Source: Gemmatimonadota bacterium
GTDB lineage: Bacteria > Gemmatimonadota > Gemmatimonadetes > Gemmatimonadales > Gemmatimonadaceae
Length of the DNA stretch: 37,140 nt
Assembly (NCBI GenBank): GCA_031372565.1
Contig: JANMLN010000017.1
Location: 1 to 37,140 of the forward strand
Reading direction: 5' to 3'
Part shown: piece by piece, positions 1-7,376 of the stretch
Layout of the letters: each line of letters starts with the position of its first letter
How positions within the stretch are numbered: the first letter of the stretch is position 1
The notes under the pieces: generated by a model
Told to the model about the DNA's origin: nothing
The model's input: only the letters and a program-made list of their open reading frames with translations
The model's database searches: none
Position numbers and translations under genes: made by a program

Positions 1-84
1 GCTCTTGCATTCGCCGGACGGCCTCGCGCTTGAACTCCGCGCTATAGACCCGGCGCACTCGCTTGCTGGACATCGGACACCTCC

Positions 85-474
85 GTGCCCCAACCTGTGG
101 CGGGGGCGGTTAGGTGTCCACTAAACACGGGCAAGTCCACCTCACCCAACGTCCAGGCAGCCGCCAAGCGATTCTACGCGGCGTCGCAAAAGGACGGCCT
201 CGAGCACGGAGCCTTCCTCTTCAATGGTCCCAACGGAACGATTCGAGTTGGGTCGATGCAAACGGGCTCCAAGGACGACATACCCGCACTGCGCGATGCT
301 CCTCCGGGCGCGATCGGCGCGATCCACACTCACTTGAGCGGAACGTCGCCTAGCGCGAACGATGGCACGAACGCGCAAGTGAACGGAATCTTCGTGCTCG
401 TGGCAACGAAATCGTCAATCTTCATTGTCGCACCATCGGGTGAGGGCAAGATTGAGCTAAGGCGAGCTCCGTGA
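85..474 (+). CDS. Orphan polymorphic toxin C-terminal domain, JAB/MPN-like metalloenzyme (DUF4329-like)
   Basis: Translation has E-H-G-A-F, then H-T-H-x6-S-x-x-D (HTHLSGTSPSAND), a JAMM-type arrangement. It lies next to an RHS fragment. An in-frame TGA at 31-33 separates it from any upstream RHS core. Start codon uncertain. Confidence 0.65.
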   Translation: MPQPVAGAVRCPLNTGKSTSPNVQAAAKRFYAASQKDGLEHGAFLFNGPNGTIRVGSMQTGSKDDIPALRDAPPGAIGAIHTHLSGTSPSANDGTNAQVNGIFVLVATKSSIFIVAPSGEGKIELRRAP

Positions 475-499
475 CCACCAAGAGATGAGGGGTTGTGCC

Positions 500-928
500 G
501 TGAAACTTGTGAGAGCGTACCTGATGCTCCTTCTGGTTGCAGTTGCTATTGAAGTTGCTGCCTGCGACTCCAGAGAGAAGTCCGCGCAAGAAAGGCCTGG
601 AACGTTTGGAGACACCGCTACTTGCAGCACAATCCGCACGCGCTCTCTTCAACGTCCTGCTTCGTTCTCGCGCGAGCAATTGTGCACCCTGATCCAGCGT
701 GCGGACAGCGTGCTCCGGACGGCGCCGGACACGGTCCTCGTGCGCGCTGCAAGCGTACACGTCGACTCGGCTGTGGTAGCCGATTTTGAATTCCGCGACC
801 TGCAGGGTCGTGTGACACGGAGCTATTGGAGCATTGACTTCACCGTAAGCGGCGGGAGCAAGCTCCTTACCGTTGAGCTGCCACGAGACGGACGTTCGCC
901 AAGCGTTCGCAACGGGCACTCTCGCTGA
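500..928 (+). CDS. Putative immunity protein, predicted lipoprotein
   Basis: Directly follows the toxin ORF. GTG at 500 is preceded by GAGGGG (alternative ATG at 485). The hydrophobic N-terminus ends in a lipobox-like VAAC. Codon usage is visibly less GC-skewed than the core genes. Confidence 0.55.
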   Translation: MKLVRAYLMLLLVAVAIEVAACDSREKSAQERPGTFGDTATCSTIRTRSLQRPASFSREQLCTLIQRADSVLRTAPDTVLVRAASVHVDSAVVADFEFRDLQGRVTRSYWSIDFTVSGGSKLLTVELPRDGRSPSVRNGHSR

Positions 929-1007
929 GGCTTCTGGGGCGCGCCAGAGTCTGCAGAAGGGCGATCTCCTCCGCTCACGGGTACGTGGTGTTTAGTGAGC
1001 GTCTCTA

Positions 1008-1749
1008 GTGCGGATGCAGGTTCGCCTCCGCCACCGCAAGATCCAAAACTGCTCGCTCTGCACCCCGCCGTTCAACACGCGCTTGGTGCGCACCACCACG
1101 AACAACATTGATGCCAGCTGGCGGCTCATCTCGAGCGCCTTCCAGCTGGAGAACCTGCCCAACCCCCTGGGCGGGCAGTACAAGACGTACCAGCGCCGGG
1201 AGACCTACCGCTACGACCCGCTCGGCCGCCGGGTCTGGAAGGAGATGATTCGCGATACCGCACAACTCGTGTGCCAGCGCCACGACGCGAGCTCGGGCTG
1301 CCGCAACGAGGTCACGCGCACCGTGTGGGACGGGGCGAACATCCTCTACGACGTGCGGATGCTGGCCGACACGACGGGGGACGGGAGCGAGGGCTACCCC
1401 GCGGCGAGCACCTTCACAGGGAGCGTGGGCTACACGCATGCCGGTGGGATCGACGTGCCGCTCGACCTGTTCAAGGGGAGCACGGTGGTCGTGCCGTACG
1501 CGGACTGGCGCGGGACCTACGACGTGGGGACGTGCCCGACGACGCGGTGCACGGACAACCAGGCGTACTTCCCGCTCAAGAACTCGACGTCGTTTGGCGA
1601 TGGGCCGGTGCTGCCGAATGGGCCGCCGAACTGGTTTGGGGAGGTGATTGGCGGGCAGACGGACGCGAGCGGATACAAGTACATGCGGAATCGGTGCTAC
1701 GACTCGCGTAGCGGGCGGTTCACGCAGGAAGATCCCATTGGGCTCGCTG
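1008..1749 (+). pseudogene. RHS/YD-repeat core fragment, truncated after the DPIG motif
   Basis: YRYDPLGRRVWK and DASGYKYMRNRCYDSRSGRFTQEDPIGLA match the RHS-associated core. The expected continuation (GG-NLY..DPxG plus toxin) is absent, and the usual RYYD is here RCYD. Confidence 0.85.
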
Positions 1750-1868
1750 TGAGATGCCCCGACTTCCGTGGACACCATCCTACAATGTTCTTTACGGAGA
1801 CGGAGGTCTACCGTGGCGGGATGACGGCGGTTGAGCAGAGAGTTCAATTCAAGGTGGAGGCGGTGCGC
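1750..1868 (+). mobile_element. IS3-family insertion sequence remnant (left inverted repeat plus decayed start of orfA)
   Basis: TGAGATGCCCCGACTTCCGTGGACACC (1750-1776) resembles IS3-family terminal repeats. GGAGG and GTG at 1813 follow, reading MAG*RRLSREF then KVEAVR once a duplicated TTCAA is removed, typical of an HTH_Tnp_1 OrfA N-terminus. Confidence 0.75.
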
Positions 1869-2167
1869 TCCCACTGCCAACGGAGCGACGCCATCCGCGC
1901 GAACGCGCCGGGTTCGACCGGAAAGCCGGGCGGCCAGTAGATCGTCCCAACTGCGTATTGACCGCCAGCAAGGCTCAGGCTCCAACCACTGAGGCCGTCC
2001 ACTGGCCGTGCGCGCGCCGGGGCCGCTCCGCTATCCGGAGCGTAGCGCGCTGTCGCGATGACCGATGGAGGAGCCGCCTCACCCGCGTGTTCCTGCGCGC
2101 CGGCGTCGGCGACGGCCCATCCGAAGGCAGCGTCGACCGAAGCGACGAACAGCAACCCGATCTTCAC
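1869..2167 (-). pseudogene. Truncated exported protein, possibly an outer-membrane protein, cut by the IS3 remnant
   Basis: Its GTG overlaps the phosphatase stop codon (GTGA, 2164-2167). The N-terminus is signal-peptide-like (MKIGLLFVAS...ADA-GAQE). The frame runs into the IS remnant and stops at 1844. Confidence 0.45.
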
Positions 2168-2883
2168 CGCCCCGCAGGATGGGAATTACCCGCAAACTCC
2201 GCACGCGCGGCGGCGATCAACGCGAGCGTGCCCGGATCGCTGTGCATGCGTGCGACGGCGGCGGCGCCGAGGCCGCGGCCGGCGGCGACATCGCTCGCCC
2301 AGTGGACCCCGCACACGATGCGGCTTTCGCCGTAATCAAAGCCGCGATGCAGCAGCGCGTCCGCCTTGGCCGGCGCGAGTTCAGCCAGCAACAGACCCCA
2401 GCCCCAGCCGGCGGCCGCGTGACCGGACGGGAACGCGCCACTCGCGCGCAGCGCGTCGGTGGGCCTAATGCACGTCGGGTGCGCCGGGTCTGCGATGAAC
2501 GGTCGCGCGCGCTGCCACCGCGCCTTCGTGGCGCCAATCGGCGGGCCGACGACGACAAGGAACTGGTCGAACAGCTTCTTCGTGGCGGGATATTTGGCGG
2601 CCGTGAAGTCCGCACCGATCACGGCATCGAACGCGGTGAACGGATCGAATACGTCGTCGTGCGCGGCCAACGCGATGCGCTCGGCCGTCCACGGCCCGCG
2701 CGACGTCGCGACGTCTGCGGCCTGCTGCGGCGAACCGGAGGCCGGGGGCTGCGTGAGGACGCCAAAGCCGTCGAATGGGGTCGCAGCCGGCGCGGGCGCC
2801 AGATCGACGGCGCGGTTGACGCGGGCGGGGACGCACCCGCCGAGGGAAAGCGCCAAGATGACGGCGGCGTGAGGAAGACGCAT
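2164..2883 (-). CDS. Class A non-specific acid phosphatase (PAP2 family, PhoN/PhoC-like), lipoprotein
   Basis: All three PAP2 motifs are present: KARWQRARP, FPSGH, SRIVCGVHWASD. Lipobox LGGC. Confidence 0.92.
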   Translation of the reverse strand: MRLPHAAVILALSLGGCVPARVNRAVDLAPAPAATPFDGFGVLTQPPASGSPQQAADVATSRGPWTAERIALAAHDDVFDPFTAFDAVIGADFTAAKYPATKKLFDQFLVVVGPPIGATKARWQRARPFIADPAHPTCIRPTDALRASGAFPSGHAAAGWGWGLLLAELAPAKADALLHRGFDYGESRIVCGVHWASDVAAGRGLGAAAVARMHSDPGTLALIAAARAEFAGNSHPAGR

Positions 2884-3013
2884 GAAAAGTTCCTGTTGGT
2901 TGACCTGTTACCCGACGTAGCGGATGGCGTTGCCCCACGCAAACGCATCGGCTCGCGGGGGCCCGCTTCGATGGCGGGCTCCGCGCGCCAGCGTCAGCTC
3001 CGAGCGCCATTGA

Positions 3014-6000
3014 TCACTTGATCCCGCTCGATGGACTCGGCTTCGCGTACGCCCAGGGCTGCACGGGCAGCTTCTGCTGGCGCGGGTACACCTCGTCGAG
3101 TGTGCCCCCATCGAACAGCCGCCCGTTGACCATCACCATGCTCACCGAGTTCGAGTTGCGGATGTTCACGAGCGGATCGCGGTCGAGCACGATCAGGTCG
3201 GCCATCTTCCCCGGCTCGAGCGAGCCGAGGTCGGTGCCCAGGCCGATCGCCTCGGCGCCCACGATGGTCGCAGCGCGCAGCGCGTCATGCGTGGAGAGTC
3301 CGCCACTCTGCAGCAGCCACAACTCCCAATGCATGCCGAGCCCCTGCAGTTGGCCATGGCTCCCGACGCCAATGCGACCGCCGGCGGCGACCGCCTTGGC
3401 CACATCCTCGGCGTGCTGCCACATGGCGTACTCTTCCTTCACGGCGAAACCCGCAGGCCCAGGCGAGTTGCCCATGCCACGGCGCCGCACCTTCTCGTCG
3501 ATGTCGCGCGGATGAGTGAAGCGGCGCAGCTTGGCGTCGCCGAGCAGGTCCTCGGTCTGGTAGAACCACCCTTCACCAAACGGACCGCCGTACTCGACAA
3601 TCAGCGTCGGTGAGTTGGTGGTCTGCGTCGCCTTGTACCACTGGAACACGTCCTCGTACTTGGGCGTGATCGGCAGGGTGTGCTCCACGCCGGGATAGCC
3701 GTCCATGCCATGCGTGAGGTCGAGGCGCTGGTCGAGCCCGCCCTCGGTCGTCGGCATGATCCCGAGTTCCTTGGCGGCCATGATGATCCACTGCCGCATC
3801 TGGCGATTGCCCGTCATGTACATCTTGAGCGTCTTGGTGTCGTAGTACTTGGCGTAGCGCGCCATGATCTGCCGTGCGTGCTCGAGGTCGCGCACCGGCT
3901 CGGTCCAGAGGACCCCGGGGCCGGTGGTGTAAATGCGCGGCCCGACCATGTCGCCCATCTGCACGCGGTCCCCGTACGTCATGAAGTCGGTGGAACCCGT
4001 CTGCGGGTCGCGCGTGGTGGTCGTGCCGTAGGCGAGCGTCGCCAGATACTGCCACGTCTGCGTGTTGTGGAGCTGCGGGGTGAGCCACTGCGGGTGGTAG
4101 TGCGTGTCCACCATCCCGGGCATGATCACCTTGCCGGTCACGTCAATCACCTTGGCGCCGGCAGGCACGGCCACGCTGCCGCGCGCCCCCACGGCGACAA
4201 TCCGGTTGTCGGTCACGACGACATCGGCGTTCTCGATGATCTCCTTGTCCTTCATCGTGATCGCCTTGGCGCCGCGGAACACGACCGTGCCGCGTGGTGT
4301 GTCGCGCGGCGCGGTAACGGTCACGCGCACCTCGTCGGGCTTGTAGCCGGGCTTGTCCTTCTTCTTGGCGCCCACCGTGTCGGCCTTCGCGATCGAATCG
4401 GCGCGCGTGATGCTGTCCTTCTTCGTTGGATCCTTGAGCAGCTCGGCCTTGAGCTTCGCGACGACCTTGAGCGAGTCATCCACGACCTTGGCGCGCGCGA
4501 TGTCGTAGGTCCAGAGCGCATTGCCGAGTGCCCACATCACCTGCTTGCCGCCGTTGACCCAAGTGGGGAACTCGCCGCCAATCTCGTTGAGCTTCTTGAC
4601 TGGCACCGGCGCGGACGCGGGATCGACCACGGACACCGTGGGCGCCGTCGCGCCCACGCGCGGAATCGTGATCGTGTAGAAGTCCATGCCGACCATGGCG
4701 AGCGCCGACTCTCCACTGGGGCTGATGAAGAGCAGGTCCGCAGGCGGCGGCTGGGGCGGTGCGGGCTCGGTGGGATCCAGGTGCGTGGGCGCGGCGCCGC
4801 TGAGCGCGTCGCTCATCACCGCAGGTCGCGCCGCACGACCGCCCACCCACGGGCTGGCCTTGGCGTCGAGCCCCGCGTCGAGCGTGGTGGCCATGCCGCT
4901 CCCGGCGCCCCGCGGCATCGGGCCGGTGACCTTGAGGTGCGTCTTGATGTCGGTGCCGTCCCAGCGGAACGACACGAGCCCGTCGCGCCCGTAGGCGTAC
5001 ACGCGATCGGGACTCGCGCTGAAGTGCGGGTTCCCCATGGTCCCTGCGGGCATGATCGACGTCACCGCGCCACCGGTCGGCGCCACCCACACGAACTCGG
5101 CCGCCGCGGGACCCGGGTATGTCCCGCCCGCGTCCTGCAGTTCGCGCGCCGCACCACGCACCGCCACGATCTTGTCGCCAGCCGGCGACCAGGCGAGGTC
5201 GAAGTAGAGCCCGCGCGGCGAGAGCGAGCGCGTGGTCCAGGCGCGCCGCGCATCCACGCTCGCGCGCATGATCTCGCCACCGGCCGCATCACTCCAGGTG
5301 ACATACGCGAGTGCCTTGCCATCCGGCGCCCACACCGGACCGAACTCCCCAACCGTCGCCGTCGACACGCGCTTCGGGCTACCTCCCGGCCAGTCCATCA
5401 CGTACACGCGATCGAGCGCGCTGAAGGCCATCTGCTTGCCATCGGGCGACAACGCGATGTCGCGAACCTGCTTGGCGGTGAAGGTGGGCGCCGTGTCCAC
5501 GCGATAGGTGAACTTGACCTCGGGCCCCATCTCGAGCTTGACCTCGGCCTCGAACGGAATCCTGGTAGCCGCAGAGCGATCGACTGGCACGCGCCAGATC
5601 TCGCCGCCGTAGCTCACGATGATCGCCTTCGAATCGGGGGTGAAGCTGTAGCCCGGGTACGCGTCGAGGGTGGCGCGCGACTCCGTCTCGTCGCGCTGCA
5701 CGGGGAAGGCGAGCCAGTCTTCCTGCTGCGTCTCGATGTTGCGGAGGCGGAGCCCGGTCTTGGTTTCAAAACGCCCCGCGTACGCGAGATACTTGCCGTC
5801 GCTCGAGAGCGCGGGGCGGAAGGCAGAGCCCTGGCGGCGCGTCATCTGCGACACGCGACCACTCTCGCGATCCCAGACGTACAGCTGGAACTGCGGCCCC
5901 ACCGAGTTGTACTGCCAGTCGCCGGTACGCGCGGCAAACCAGGTGTAGCGTGGATCCTTCCCGAAGGCCGCACCCATCATCTTGAGCTGGGGCGGAATCG

Positions 6001-6559
6001 CCGGGGTCGCGTTGAGCTGCACACCGCGACCGCCGTCGACGTGGAACATCCACAACTTGGCGACGCCAAAGGTGCTCCCCGAGCGCGAGACGACCACGTA
6101 CTTGCCGTCAGGCGCATACACGGGGCTGAAGTACTCGTTGTTGTTCCCCGTGGTGAGCGCGGTGGTGTCGCTCCCGTCGGCGTTCATGGTCCACACGTTG
6201 TCGCCGCCCGAGCGGTCGGACACGAACACCACGCGCTTGCCATCGGGGCTGAAGCGCGGTTGCGCGTCGTAGGCGAGGCCACTCGTCAAGCGCGTCGCAT
6301 TGCCGCCGGTGATGGGCATCTTGTAGATGTCGCCCAGGAGGTCGAAGACGATCGTCTGCCCATCGGGGGAGACGTCGAGCGACATCCAGGTGCCCTTGGT
6401 CGTGGCGAAGGTGTGCGTGCGCGCCGTCTTGAGGGGGAGGCCGGCGTTCGCGGCCGCGCCGCCGCCGGGTCCTCCGCCTTGGGCGAGGGCGAGCGTGGCA
6501 TGCGCCATCGAGACGACGGCGAGCGTGAGCGCGGCGTGCGCAGCAAAGCGTCGAAGCAC
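3014..6559 (-). CDS. Secreted amidohydrolase with N-terminal TolB/PD40 beta-propellers
   Basis: Signal peptide and repeated (F/V/L)SPDGK motifs. The C-terminal amidohydrolase domain has PGMVDTHYH and GSLEPGKMADLIVLDRDP. Confidence 0.9.
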   Translation of the reverse strand: MLRRFAAHAALTLAVVSMAHATLALAQGGGPGGGAAANAGLPLKTARTHTFATTKGTWMSLDVSPDGQTIVFDLLGDIYKMPITGGNATRLTSGLAYDAQPRFSPDGKRVVFVSDRSGGDNVWTMNADGSDTTALTTGNNNEYFSPVYAPDGKYVVVSRSGSTFGVAKLWMFHVDGGRGVQLNATPAIPPQLKMMGAAFGKDPRYTWFAARTGDWQYNSVGPQFQLYVWDRESGRVSQMTRRQGSAFRPALSSDGKYLAYAGRFETKTGLRLRNIETQQEDWLAFPVQRDETESRATLDAYPGYSFTPDSKAIIVSYGGEIWRVPVDRSAATRIPFEAEVKLEMGPEVKFTYRVDTAPTFTAKQVRDIALSPDGKQMAFSALDRVYVMDWPGGSPKRVSTATVGEFGPVWAPDGKALAYVTWSDAAGGEIMRASVDARRAWTTRSLSPRGLYFDLAWSPAGDKIVAVRGAARELQDAGGTYPGPAAAEFVWVAPTGGAVTSIMPAGTMGNPHFSASPDRVYAYGRDGLVSFRWDGTDIKTHLKVTGPMPRGAGSGMATTLDAGLDAKASPWVGGRAARPAVMSDALSGAAPTHLDPTEPAPPQPPPADLLFISPSGESALAMVGMDFYTITIPRVGATAPTVSVVDPASAPVPVKKLNEIGGEFPTWVNGGKQVMWALGNALWTYDIARAKVVDDSLKVVAKLKAELLKDPTKKDSITRADSIAKADTVGAKKKDKPGYKPDEVRVTVTAPRDTPRGTVVFRGAKAITMKDKEIIENADVVVTDNRIVAVGARGSVAVPAGAKVIDVTGKVIMPGMVDTHYHPQWLTPQLHNTQTWQYLATLAYGTTTTRDPQTGSTDFMTYGDRVQMGDMVGPRIYTTGPGVLWTEPVRDLEHARQIMARYAKYYDTKTLKMYMTGNRQMRQWIIMAAKELGIMPTTEGGLDQRLDLTHGMDGYPGVEHTLPITPKYEDVFQWYKATQTTNSPTLIVEYGGPFGEGWFYQTEDLLGDAKLRRFTHPRDIDEKVRRRGMGNSPGPAGFAVKEEYAMWQHAEDVAKAVAAGGRIGVGSHGQLQGLGMHWELWLLQSGGLSTHDALRAATIVGAEAIGLGTDLGSLEPGKMADLIVLDRDPLVNIRNSNSVSMVMVNGRLFDGGTLDEVYPRQQKLPVQPWAYAKPSPSSGIK

Positions 6560-6739
6560 GGGAGCGACCTGGTGTTGGAGTGCGACGGAGGCGAAGAACG
6601 TCTACGTATCGAGCGCCTGTTGAGCCTGCGACGGGGCACTCGGACGGGCTCCCCAAAGTGCGCGCCTGGCTCCGCGGGCGACAGGGTGTGTCAGGGTAGA
6701 TTGGGAGGCATCTTCGCCCCCCAGCGCCTGAGGCTCGCG

Positions 6740-7117
6740 ATGTCCGCACCTGCCGTCGTCACCCCGGCCGCCATTGCGGCCTCGCTCACCGAACTCTGGT
6801 CGCCACGCGTCATTCGCGAGGTCGACGATGCCTACATCAAGGTGGCCAAGGTGCAGGGCACGTTCCCCTGGCACCATCACGCGCACGAGGATGAGCTGTT
6901 CTACGTGCTCGATGGCCGGCTGCGCATCGAGTTGCGCGACGGCGTTGTGGAGCTCGGCCCAGGTGAGATGACCGTGATCCCGAAAGGGGTGGAGCACCGG
7001 CCGAGCGCCGATGCCACCTGCACCCTGATGCTGATCGAGCGGAAGAGTACGCTCCACACCGGCAACGTGGTCACGGCGCAGACTCGCTCCATCGAGGAGC
7101 AACTGCGACCAGCCTGA
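6740..7117 (+). CDS. Cupin domain protein
   Basis: WHHHAHEDELFYVLDG and IPKGVEHRP cupin motifs. ATG at 6740 is the likely start within the long shadow ORF 3680..7117. Confidence 0.9.
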   Translation: MSAPAVVTPAAIAASLTELWSPRVIREVDDAYIKVAKVQGTFPWHHHAHEDELFYVLDGRLRIELRDGVVELGPGEMTVIPKGVEHRPSADATCTLMLIERKSTLHTGNVVTAQTRSIEEQLRPA

Positions 7118-7162
7118 TGGCGCTCTACCTGCGCATGGGACCGACGGCAGACGAGCCGTAAC

Positions 7163-7376
7163 GTCGTCCTGAGCGAAGCGAAGGACCTGCTTGTTTTGCC
7201 GTCCGCGGTAACAAGCAGGTCCTTCGACTTCGGGCCGCGCTGCGGCCCTTCGCTCAGGACGACATGACTACCACCGTCGTCCTGTGCGAAGCGAAGGACC
7301 TGCTTGTCTTGCCCTATGCGGCAACAAGCAGGTCCTTCGACTTCGGGCCGCGCTGCGGCCCTTCGCTCAGGACGAC
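7163..7376. repeat. Two tandem 101-bp REP-like branched palindromes (7163-7263 and 7276-7376) with a 12-bp spacer
   Basis: Each unit is bounded by GTCGTCCTGAGCGAAG...CTTCGCTCAGGACGAC and holds two inner stems (CGAAGGACCTGCTTGT/ACAAGCAGGTCCTTCG and GGGCCGC/GCGGCCC). The pair sits between convergent genes. Confidence 0.92.

Noticed and set aside
1750..1940. C-terminal 'toxin domain' of the 310-aa RHS ORF
   Set aside because: The sequence after DPIGLA is read-through into the IS3 remnant and the antisense strand of the truncated neighbour gene.
2884..3013. Riboswitch or Pho box upstream of the acid phosphatase
   Set aside because: Only a short GC hairpin and imperfect AACAGG repeats at 12-bp spacing; no recognisable conserved motif.
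3680..7117. 1145-aa ORF on the + strand
   Set aside because: It is the antisense shadow of the amidohydrolase gene in GC-rich DNA; only the last 125 codons (cupin, from 6740) look like real protein.
7163..7376. Possible CRISPR array, or small ORF 7264..7545
   Set aside because: Only two 101-bp units with a 12-bp spacer and no cas genes. The ORF is a by-product of the repeat and the antisense strand of the large gene.
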